Positions 53,585 to 64,000 of a DNA stretch of 64,000 bases are shown piece after piece. The position numbers were made by a program, and so were the translations under genes. Source of the stretch: Eledone cirrhosa (Eukaryota); the NCBI GenBank assembly GCA_964016885.1, contig OZ024743.1, forward strand, positions 169,632,001 through 169,696,000. Direction: 5' to 3'. Within the stretch, counting starts at the first letter, position 1, and each line of letters begins with the position of its first letter. Below the pieces are notes generated by a model. It ran no database searches. It was not told the origin of the DNA and saw only the letters and a program-made list of their open reading frames with translations.

Positions 53585-53885
53585 AATGCAATAAATGAGA
53601 GGAATATAGAAGGTGTTTCCCTGGAGGATGATGAAGTAGACATGCTGGAAAAGTCATTCCAGCTTGCGAGACTCACACCTGTGAGTAGCCAACTCTGTGC
53701 CAATGGTTGTGAGTAGGGAGGTAACCCTAGGGCCAAGGACACCAGAAGTCTCTGCTGCTACAGGCTCGACTGCAAACCTGTCAGAGAGCAACTGATATTT
53801 GAAAAGATTACTCTCCTCGGCCTACAGTGCAGCAGAGCCTGGGTTAGTCGCTGACTACACCACGTTGTCGCTGGATAATATGTTG
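53585..53885 (-). mobile_element. CRE-like RLE C-terminal fragment
   Basis: SATNPGSAAL.AEESNLFKYQLLSDRFAVEPVAAETSGVLGP, homologous to 60408-60515. Confidence 0.75.
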
Positions 53886-54128
53886 CTGTGGAGCTTGCTT
53901 ATAAATTAGAATGACCACCACCAACAACAACAATAACAATAACCCTACCAAAAACAACAACTATTATTTATAGTGACCAGCTATTATTATAGATATCTGT
54001 GTTAGGACTATACCATTTTCAAATTTTCCAATACTTTGTATATCTCTCAAGTAAATATATAAACAAATTTGTTTTCACTCTAACATTGTGGATATATAAA
54101 TGCTTTTGTGAGTTTTATATTGAATAAT

Positions 54129-54300
54129 AATTGTTTCTACTTTAGGCACAAGGCCAGCAATTACCCAGTTCATTACTGGTACTTTATTTTATCGACCCCG
54201 TAAGGATGAAAGGTAAAGTCAACCTCGGCGGGATTTGAACTCAGATCGTAAAGGGACGTAACTATGCTGGAAAGCATGGCGTCCGACCCTCTACCGATAC
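54129..54300 (-). mobile_element. SINE family A copy
   Basis: Near-identical to 6833-7002; flanked on both sides by ATTGAATAATAAT (about 54119-54131 and 54301-54313), a likely TSD. Confidence 0.9.
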
Positions 54301-54403
54301 ATTGAATAATAATAATATTCAATTCATTTGCAAGCAAACAGCCTCATAATGCTATGTGCTTTAGACAACTATCATAATCCCTTTGTTCTAGCGGTGGCTC
54401 ACA

Positions 54404-54436
<33 letters not shown>

Positions 54437-54779
54437 GTGTGTGTGTGTGTATATATATATGTGTGTAGGAAGCCACAATAGAGGTTGACCAAGAAAGACC
54501 TGGGCAGAGGTGGTGAGAGCTGATCTCCAATTCAAATCACTGAGACTCACACAGGAGACGACAAAGGAATGCAACAAGTAGAGAGATGCTAAAAAGGACC
54601 CATCCAATCCTTGTTAGCATGGAAAAAAAGAATGTTAAAACGATGATGATGATGATTTATATATGTGTATATGTGTGTGTGTGTTATATACTGATATATT
54701 ATGATATTGATAATATATAAAAAGATGATTTATAAAGACACATACATTTAACATCTGTTTGATTAGTATTATATAATTC

Positions 54780-55370
54780 TTTCCAGACACTGAGATTCTT
54801 GCTAGGGCAAAGTTAGACCTATTCAAGCTATAAGGATTCAGTTAAGATGGACAGGTCACATGATTCATATGGGTGACGGATGCATCCTCAAGAAAATGTT
54901 TTATGGCAAAATGAAGCTGGGCAAAAGGTAAAATAGTTAGCCAAGGAGGAGATGCAGAGACACTCTAAAAGCAAACTTAAAATGCCTACAAAAATCTTGA
55001 ATCATGTGCAGCAAATAGAGTGACCCGGAGAAATACCATTTGGATGGAGAGGGTAAAACATGCCAAATTGGAAAGAAAAGTGCGGAAGAATGAGTCCAGC
55101 AGTAATAATGATGAATCTTATCCAGCATTGGTTTTCAAATGCCCTGTGTGCCCTAAGGTGTGCCTTTCGAATGCTGGCTTGAAGTCCCACCAACGAGCAC
55201 TTGATTGTAAAGTCCAAGTTGACTATTCAAACTTTGTTGCAGAGAATCAGTTACAGTGCCATGTTAGTCAGAAAATTTGTAAATCAGGTGGTGGATTAAA
55301 GCAGCTTCTGAACACACACAATAAGCAAATGCAAAGTGGAAACAAAAACGAAATGAGACATCATTGTATT
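54780..55370 (+). mobile_element. RTE-clade 3' fragment with tandem C2H2-like fingers
   Basis: QLRWTGH..KKMFYG followed by FKCPVCPKVCLSNAGLKSHQRA and a decayed second finger (ORF 55020-55445). Confidence 0.7.
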
Positions 55371-55829
55371 CTACAGTGGATATGGCGCATGTCTCTCAGA
55401 CATGACACCCTTAATTTAATTTTGGATATATATACGGCCCCTTAATTGTAGAGCTAACTCAGTTGAAAGGACTCGGCTGCTATTTCTAGCTGTCGATAAT
55501 CCTATTCACGCCGCTGGGATGACGCTGGTACGATGTGTGTATTTTTAAAAAATGCAACACGTGCTTCGAGTCATTCATAGATTTGCATTTACTGTGTAAA
55601 CACAGATAGTTAAATCTTCTCCTTTTTTTGAAAATCCGGGATTTGACTACTGTGATTTACCGATTGATGGTAAAATATAATTCTTATTTAATGAAATATA
55701 TACAAAGGAGATTAATCATTTTAAAAGGTATCTATATTTGAAGTTCTAGTTAAACTTTAATTAGTTACCTACCTAGCTGTGTGTGCTTACACACTTTACA
55801 AATTATTCCCTATGATTGTTTCATATGTT

Positions 55830-55876
<47 letters not shown>

Positions 55877-56239
55877 AATCAATTTCTAGTATATATAAAT
55901 AAATTTTACTTGAAGACTGAGTTAGAGCATAGAATTCATAGAATAATGAGAAAAACTCAATGCAAAGATAGCTGTTAAAACAGCAAAATGCTGTCAATGA
56001 CAGTATTGGGTAAAATTTACCTCAAATGACAGAAATCAGTGGCTAAAAGTGTGTAGGCCCACAGAAGTAATAGGAAAAAAATGAATGATCACACACATTT
56101 AAACCTCTTCAGCTCACAGAACAGTTGAGGTTTCACATGATTTGATTTGAGAGTACCACATAAAATTACCGGTTTGTGCAACAGAAAAATAAATATTTCT
56201 GCTGGTATGATATTTGTTTGATAAATTGAACAAATTAGA

Positions 56240-57232
56240 TATATTTCTTTTATTTGCCACTAGGGCATCAAAAGTGGGACAAGTACAAAGGGGGGAGTTT
56301 ACACAAAAAGGCGTCCTCAATAAGGAGGAGGCAATAACAAAATATAAAAATAAAATAAGATATAACAAAAAATAAAATTTTTAACAAAATCGTCAATAGA
56401 GAGGAGGCGCCTTGGGGGGTCGCACACACCCCCGAAAAAAGTGTGCAACCCTTCTCCTCAGGAGCACAGAGAAGGGGTGCTCCCTTGGTCTTTCATCTTC
56501 CTCACCTATAGTCTGATGTAGAGTGAAGGCCCATTCACACGGGCCATTCTCGCCACTTTCACCCATCTTTCATAGAAACGGCTGGGGTGCAGCACCTCTC
56601 TCTCCATCCTGATCCTTCTTCCGAAATGATATCGGAAGAAACGGACCAGTTGTTGGCCAGAGAGAAAGGTGCCCGACCTCAGTCCTTTCAGACGCGTCCA
56701 CCATACAACCTCTTTCGCCATGGCTATTACGCACAGAAACACCGCCTCTGCTTCATCTTTGAAGGGGGGAGGCGGCTTGATCATTACAATAGACTCGGTG
56801 GTCAACCGGATCGGTCCCACCCTTGACAGCAGTTGTTCGACATAGCCCCACAGATCGGCTACGCCCGAGCAGTGTACTAATGCGTGTGCAACGGTTTCCT
56901 CGTCGCACACGCATCTGGGACAGATCTTTTTGGCGGGGTCCCTACCCGGGCGCCCGTGTCTGTAGAGCCTTTCTCGAACGGGTAAAGCCCCTCGGTAGCA
57001 CTGCCAGGCCAGGGACTTCTGGAAGTTGTCCATAGGTCCCGGGCTGAATGTCCTACCGAACAGGCTGGCCAGTTCGTCCTCCTCCATGTCTAGGGCTTCT
57101 CCGAGGGCGTCGTCGCACCTGCTGCGTACCAGCCCTCTATAGAATGTTGCGGTGGAGTCTCCACTGATAACCGGATCCGCCTGCCAGAGGGCGGTGAGCG
57201 CCTGGGCACACTCAGTGTGCCAGGCGCCCTTA
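56240..57232 (-). mobile_element. Tx1/L1-like LINE copy 4 (3' portion, well preserved)
   Basis: ORF 56506-57087 FQKSLAWQCYRGALPVR..CPRC..HALVHC..ARVNGPSL; 3' AATAAAAGAAAT. Confidence 0.88.
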
Positions 57233-57528
57233 GATAGACAGACAGACAGATCAGTGAAGGAAGTAAAATGCGTCCTCTCAGCACCAAGTCGCCACTAGAA
57301 AGGACAACAAAAGCCCTGGTGCTGCGGAAGTGGCAGAAAGCAGAAGTGACATGCAAGGTCGGAGAAGGGGGAAGAAAAGAGTGGGGAAGAGTGAGAAAGG
57401 ATGAAAGAAAAGGTGGTGTGTGTGCGTGTATATATATTTACATATACACATATATGTGTGTGTGTCTGTGTGTGTATATATATATATATGTATGTATGTA
57501 TGTAGATAAGAAACTCCAATATATATAA

Positions 57529-57572
<44 letters not shown>

Positions 57573-57589
57573 GTGTATGTATGTATGCA

Positions 57590-59210
57590 GGTAGATAAGA
57601 AAAGCCAATGCTTAGCTAAGCGTGAGGCATTTCTCACCCTTAAGGATCACAAGGTAGACTTTGTTTCTAATCCCACATGTAGACTACTGAACCCGGTACG
57701 CATGGATATGGGACTAGTCAGTAAGGCTATACTTAAGAACATAGTTAAGACTATTAGGACCAAGTCCAACCTGTCCCAGTGGGAGAACAGCGACTCCGGC
57801 TTTAAGTGGTTTAACTCTTTCAACTCCCCAAAAAGCGAAGTTTACATAATTCGACATAGGGGATCTTTACCCGTCGATCTCAGTGACCCTGTTGAACAAA
57901 GCGTTGGACTTTGCTACCACTTACACTACCGTTCATGATATAGACAGGGAGATCATCACACATTGCCGGAAAACCCTCCTCTTCAACAACGGACTAGCCT
58001 GGACAAAGAAGTCAACTACTTCAGAACTATTCGACGTCTCATTGGGATCATTCGACAGTGCTGATGTATGAAATTTGGTTGGCTTATTTATTTTAGATAT
58101 ATTACGTACTAGATTCCCGGACTTCCACACGGGATTATACCGCGACGATGGTCTGACTCTATCGAGCCATAAAAGTGGTCATCATTTGGACCGGTTTAAA
58201 AAAGATTTAATTTCTACATTTAATGAGTTAGGAATTAGGATAACCAACCTCTCTAGCGTAGATTTCTTAAACATAAATTTAGACCTTCGCACACGCACAA
58301 CTTTAGACCCTTCCATAAGCTAAATAAAAAACTTAATTACATACACAAGGAGTCATGCCACCCTCCTACAGTTCTTAGAAACTTCGTGAATAATATCGGT
58401 ACTAGAATCTCTAACCTCTCCTCTAATAAAGCAATCTTTAACAGAGCGACACCCTACTACAATGCGGCGTTAGCTAACAGCGGCTTCTCACAACCAATTA
58501 CTTACTCCCCTGCTAACACCAACAGCAATAAAAAAAGAGATCATGCTAACAGAAAAACTATCTGGTTCTCTCCCCCCTTATCACTCAACGTTAAAACCAA
58601 TGTAGGAAAACATTTTTTAGCCCTCTTAGATAGACACTTTTACAAATACCACTCCATCTTCAACAGACACAGGGTGAAAATAGGATACTCCTGTGGTAAG
58701 AATATGAAAGCCCACATCACCAACAGCCATAAGAGCAGCACTCCACCAGGATGCTCTTGCCGAAAGCCCGAAGTTTGTCCTCCTTCAATAACAATGCAAC
58801 ACACCCGCTGTGATTTACGAAGCTGTGGTCAATTCCAACCGACCAAATCAACAACAAGAGGTTAAATCCTATGTAGGTTAAATCCTATGACAGATGGCCG
58901 GTTTAAGGAGCGCTTCCTGAACCCTCATTCGACCTCAGATACCCGGACAAACGATTGTCCACGAAACTCGCGAGCCACGTATGGTCCCTCAAGTGTAGAC
59001 TACACCATCCAATGGAAATCTATCACTGAGTCCAAGCCATACGCAAGGGGAAATCCATATTGTGGGCTGTGCATTGAAGAAAGGATCAATATCCTGAGAA
59101 GTTCCGCAATAACGATTGCCTAAATTCAAGGAATGAACTTTTTTCACGTTGTCCACACGTCTGGAAACACGTCTACAAAGCTCCAGATTGAATAACATCA
59201 ACAATCTAAT
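57590..59210 (+). mobile_element. Penelope-like element (RT + GIY-YIG), frameshifted
   Basis: LTLKDHK, CRLLNP, FDVSLGSFDSADV, GLYRDDGL, WFSPP..FNRHRVKIGYS, CSCRKPEVCP, YVG..FKERF, CGLCIEE. Confidence 0.9.
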
Positions 59211-59363
59211 TTTCTGAAGAACTCGAATAATTTATTCCAGACATCTACAGTTATCTCCCTCCCTTACATTCAACCGTGGGATTACATCGCCCAGGAGAAG
59301 TGATCAATTCTGCGCATGCGTATTCATACGGTTGTTTTTCCTTTTCCGTACAACTTCACTCAG

Positions 59364-59402
59364 ACCAACTGAAGATCCGCATAAGGTGAAAACTGTTGTG
59401 GA
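59364..59402 (+). ncRNA. Degenerate minimal hammerhead motif in the Penelope 3' region
   Basis: CTGAAGA-T-CC-GCATAA-GG-T-GAAA-ACTGTTGTGG; stem III and the cleavage triplet are imperfect; sits where Penelope terminal-repeat ribozymes are expected. Confidence 0.45.
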
Positions 59403-59476
59403 ACTACTTCTACCAAACTCGTTCCATGGACTGAGTGCTCTACTACTAGTACGGATATAACCCTCCAGTGTTCTAC

Positions 59477-59515
<39 letters not shown>

Positions 59516-59799
59516 AAAAAGTTTAACCCCGGCGGCAGAGCTCAAGCCTATTCGACGGCTATTTCTGGACTAAATTAGAATTTTAGCGTGGTAAATAAAT
59601 AGCCGAACTTTTCAAGGGGTAATTCCTTATATGGGAAGATTGTAGTTGTCAAAAGGATTGGTCAAAATTTCTTGTAAACACCATTAAATCTTTCATGGCA
59701 GTGGGTGGGTGGTGGGGTGGCTGAACTTACCTGTAGAACAATGAGGGAGTGGGTGGAGCCGGTCAAGCGTTGAAAGTGAATTCTATACAGCAAATTCTA

Positions 59800-60530
59800 A
59801 GGAGTGTGTATGACAATAAACACAACAGGACCCTCTGTGTTCAGAGAACGTGAGACCGCCTGTGAGACGTGGGACCGGCTGGGACTTAGCCCAGTAGACG
59901 TCCATCCTCCTTCTCCCCCTGTTGACGTCAAGTCCCCCAACGCACTTGGGATGCTATCCAGTGCAGCCTGGCCTCAGACAGGCTCACGTGCCAGCTCGAC
60001 CAGCACCGCCTTGCTTGTTTTCGTGCGGCCTCCAAACCCCACAGTGGTGCCTGGATCCATGCTCTGTCCTCCTTCTCCACTGGCACGCAGCTAGAAAACC
60101 ATAGCCTGCGCATCGGCTTCTGGGTCTGCCAGCCACACCAATGTCGCTGCGGTTCCACCGTGGACTCTTTCGACCTCCACCCGCTTTCCTGTCGCCACAG
60201 TGCCGGCCGCATTCCACGCCATGCTGCTCTCAACGAGGTCATTAAGCATGGCTTGGACGCTGCAGGCTTCCCTTCCCAGCTCGAGCCGGTGGGGCTGGAT
60301 CGAAGGGACGACAAAAGGCCAGATGGCATGACCATCTTCCCGTTTCGCGGTGGCAAACCCTCGTCCGGGATGCCACTTGCACCAACACTTTCTGCAGCCG
60401 CAACCTGGTGCAGTCTGCGACTGACCCAGGTTCTGCTGCACGTCGGGCTGAGGGGGCCAAACTCCTCAAATACCGGTCGCTCTCCGACAGGTTTGCGGTC
60501 GTAACCCTGGCAGTGTCAATCCAAGCCAGC
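59800..60530 (+). mobile_element. CRE-like non-LTR element C-terminus (Zn knuckle + RLE)
   Basis: CRCG..D....HPLSC....GRIPRHAALN..EPVGLDRRDDKRPDGMTIFPF...AEGAKLLKY. Confidence 0.85.
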
Positions 60531-60593
60531 ATGAAAAGAAACTTTAAAGGAAGCAGGCGAAAAAGAATTCTGGAGAAAATAGAGAGGGGACGT

Positions 60594-60896
60594 TATAGAA
60601 TAGGTTAATAAAATGAGATTAGAAGAGAAGATAATAAATAAATAAAAAAGTATAAAATTATAAAATTTGATAGTAAAAAGTAATAAAAAAAATCTCTAGA
60701 GTCTAAAACAGCTGCTATATTTAGTTGTTATTGCGTTTTCGGCCAATGCTATAGAATAGGTTAATAAATTGAGATTAGATTATACTAAATGAATAAAAAA
60801 TTATAAAATTGGATAGTAAAAATTAATTTTAAAAAAAATCTCTAGAGTCTAAAACAACTGCTATATTTAGTTGGTATTGCGTTTTCGGCCAACGCT
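60594..60896. repeat. About 150-bp tandem duplication
   Basis: TATAGAATAGGTTAATAAA...TCTCTAGAGTCTAAAACA..TTGCGTTTTCGGCCAA starts at both 60594 and 60750. Confidence 0.9.
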
Positions 60897-60899
60897 ATA

Positions 60900-62010
60900 T
60901 ATAATTTGCTGGGGTGGGGGTACTGAGGCTACAAAAGCCCGATGGGCTGCCTCGGGGTAGGCGAAAGGGGAAAAAGGAAAAGGAAGGGGATAGGGAGTGG
61001 AAGGAAGTGATAGGAGATAAAGGGAAGAAGAAGAAAAGAAAAAGGAAAAGAAAAAAAGTACATCTACCTATGTTAGCTGGGGTTTCCCCTATCTTGTTTG
61101 GCAAGTGGGGAAAAGGAGGATGTTGCAGCCATTGTCTACCCACCCGGGTCATGAGTGGGTTTGAGGGTGAGGTAAGTGCTACGAAATCGGTGTTTGCATG
61201 CAGTTACAAGTTCGTCTTTTTTGTTTAGGAGTTGGTCCTTCGTAAACAGCATTTGTAATGTTTCCTCCGAGCATAAGTTACACGGACGGCGTTCTCCCGT
61301 GTAGGAGTTAGCCCTGGATAGTAAGCTCCAAGTAAGAATGTATGTTATGCTATTATCTTGGAGGTCCCAGATGTGGCCCGAAAGTGTAGTGGCATGCCGC
61401 CGGGTCGGGTTTCGGAACGTATGTCGGTGTTGGTAAAGCCGGGTCTTAAAGTCACCAGCGGTCAATCCTGTATAGGCTTTGTTGGAGGTTTCCATCCTCA
61501 CGTTGCATTGGTAGATTACGTTACGTTCTCGGCATCTGTTATTGAGGGGTTACGTAGATCTGTCAGGGCAGTTACACCTCCTGGTCGGCTCTCCACTAAT
61601 GTCTAGGTTGTTTCTTCCATAGGGGTTGAGTTTCTTGTTGTTTGAGGAGGCGATGTTTTATGCGAAGTAGGAGAGTTCGATAGTGGTTTTGTTGATTATG
61701 TTGTGGTAGCGGTGTTGTGGTGGTAAGTATTTTTCGAGGAGCCTGAAGAAGATTTTTCCGTTAGGTGTTGCCACCTAGGCATTGTGGGGAGGGTTGAACC
61801 ACTTACGTGGTCTGAGCGACGGCGTCGCCTGCTGGTTCCGCTAAGGGAAGCTGGATAAAAGGAGATTCCCCCCCCCCCCCCCAAAAGCCGCTTCGCTTGA
61901 GGCGCATGTTCATCGAATATCTGCTCATTAGCGGACAAACGAGATATGCGGAGGGAGATGTTTTTAACCAGGTTATTGGGGATGTTTCTAGGATGGTTAG
62001 AGCGGCGGTT
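60900..62010 (-). mobile_element. 5'-truncated Penelope-like element (thumb, linker, GIY-YIG, 3' UTR)
   Basis: SNHPRNI..RISRLSANEQIF, WFNPP; ORF 61136-61501 YTGLTAGDFKTRLYQH..CNLCSEE. Confidence 0.85.
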
Positions 62011-63329
62011 TTCTATCTCTGAATCTGTAAAGCTTTCAATCTATCCCAGCCATCCATAGGATTTTTCGTTTCATTCAGGTATTTCTGTCCACACTTTGGA
62101 AATGTTTTGTATACATTTATAGCGATGGTTTGTTGATCGTGTTGGTCGTTGATTGTGTTGTGGTGTTGATTCGTTTGTTGCGTGTGAACTCACTTGTAGA
62201 TTGATGTGTGGTGTGGTTACTGTTGTGTGATACAGTGTGACCAGCGGTTGTATGTGTGCAGGTAAGTGGGTAAGTCTTCAATAAGATGATGATGATATGA
62301 TAGTTCTTTGATTACGCAGAAGATGAATATATATAAATGAACCACAAAAACACCAAACCGCTATATTATTAATTTATTGAAAATATGTCACGTCGAAGCT
62401 ATATGAAAAATAGACAAGAATTATGGACATTATTTGTTTGTTTGTAAAAGTAGAGTTAAAGTTGTATACCAAGAAAACTTCATGAACTTCAGTGGCTGGG
62501 TTGAGAGAGAGACCAAGCGATAGAGATTGAGTGAAAGGGGGGATTAACAGAAAGTAAGAGTCTGTAAGGCCCTAGGGGGTCTGTAGAAAGCAATAGTTTA
62601 CATGTTTACTCTATCAAGATCTGCTTCGAACTACTGCTGGATTGATCTAAGGCAGGCTATTTATCCATGTCGCTTCTTCTGTCCGCAAGCCTTGAAAACA
62701 AAGGGATGGCCTCTAGAGGTCGTCCACTTTCAGACTAGTTGACGCCCGAAAGGAGATAACCACAAAAATGGCTGTTAAATGCCACCCAGGTGTCAAGGTG
62801 TGGACAGATTTCGCTATACATTATTTGCTTATTTTCCCAACGTATATTTCGTCTATTTTCAAAATAAACCATGTTGGTATATTCTCCCCGCTCCCTCTCT
62901 CTCTCTCCAACTCTCTACATATTCGAATTCATCCCATTCAATCTATTATTTAGTCGGTGGATGTCTTCGAAATTTTCACACATTCTCCTTGTCGAATATG
63001 CCTATGTATCTGATTATTTCCTCCGAATCTTCAACGACGATATACGCCACGATGACTACCTATCTCACAATTTCCCTGCCGCTCACCCCCACAGACTCGG
63101 CGACCAATCAAACCACAGCAACAAATTCTGCCATTACTAATATCGTCTTTCCTATACCCGCTCCCGAAGAAATTCTTGCATATCGTTATCTGTGGATGAG
63201 CTGAGGATGATGGAACAACCACAAATAAATAAATATAAATCCACTAGTTACCAAGCGTCCATGTAAAGCATTAATTCAGAGACAGAAAGCATATCCCACT
63301 ACCCCACAAGAATTCACCTTCCCCACCAG

Positions 63330-64000
63330 TGACGGCAGATGCCCAAAACTCTGAATTTTCACCATCAACGTGAACACAATGAAAGGAAGAGCAGGAGAAA
63401 TCATAGAGATGTTAGAGCGAAATGAAATTGATGTATGCTGTGTGCAAGAGAGTAGATGGAAAGGAGAGTCCACTAGAGTACTTGTAGGCAAAAAATCAGT
63501 GCTACAAACTTTTCTAGGTGAGAAATAACAAAGTGTTGGGTGGTGTAGGTATACTATTAGCTGACATATGGGTAGATAAGGTAATCTCAGTAAACAGGGT
63601 GAACGCAAGAATCATTAAATTCAGATTAGTCCTGAATAAAACAATTACCACAATTATATCCGCTTACGAACCCCAATCTGGGTTGCCAGACGAACGTAAG
63701 GATAGGTTTTACAAGTCCTTAATGCACGCTATTGCCCTAACAAACGACAATGACTTCCTAATCATTGCAGGAGTCTTTAACGCACGCGTTTGGAAACACT
63801 ATTTTCATGGAGGCTACGGGTTTGACATAAGAAATGAAGAAGGTTTCAAGCTTCTAGAATTCTGCGACACCAATGAGATATCGATATGTAACAAGAACTT
63901 TAAAAAAACCCAATAACCACCGAATCACCAATATATCAGGGAAGCATTCTTGTCAGATAGATTTTATCCTTATCAGAGGACGAGATAGATGGGCGGTTGT
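63330..64000 (+). mobile_element. APE endonuclease of an RTE-clade LINE, truncated by the window end (5' region probably from about 62550)
   Basis: TINVNTMKGR, CCVQESRWKG, GGVGIL, ISAYEPQSG, AGVFNARV, RNEEG..LLEFC, QIDFIL. Confidence 0.88.

Noticed and set aside
55020-55445. Host C2H2 zinc-finger gene
   Set aside because: It follows RTE C-terminal motifs (LRWTGH) and is decayed, so it is better explained as a LINE end.
62020-62085. Minus-strand hammerhead-like motif ending GAAAGCTTTACAG
   Set aside because: The core reads CTGAATGA and is displaced from the helix; too degenerate to call.
62779-63204. 141-aa ORF upstream of the final APE
   Set aside because: No recognisable motif; probably the RTE 5' UTR or a decayed N-terminus. 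I could not build an HDV-like fold at 62550-62800.

Overview
This is AT-rich animal DNA. The repeat types and microsatellite load suggest a coleoid cephalopod such as octopus, which is an inference. I can support no host gene, tRNA, rRNA or CRISPR array, and most short ORFs in the track are antisense shadows or translated microsatellites. The window is a nested set of decayed retroelements: R4/Dong-like and CRE-like elements with a restriction-like endonuclease (RLE), four Tx1/L1-like copies, at least three RTE-clade families (one with a PHD-type C4HC3 finger inside the RT), three Penelope-like elements (RT + GIY-YIG), tRNA-derived SINEs, and hAT-like and TTAA/piggyBac-like MITEs. The signal the ORF track misses is non-coding. 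There are at least five mutually dissimilar type I hammerhead ribozyme folds (15507-15628 minus; 25472-25529, 26789-26894, 27308-27378 and 45386-45486 plus) and two degraded ones. Three have very long stem II insertions (72-91 nt), four show a U-U juxtaposition at the base of stem II, three form a co-oriented array within 2 kb, and one is embedded in a 72-bp inverted repeat. A second theme is (AAT)n tracts acting as shared insertion sites for Dong-like elements, Tx1-like elements and one SINE family. All folds and alignments were made by eye and are untested; element boundaries are approximate.
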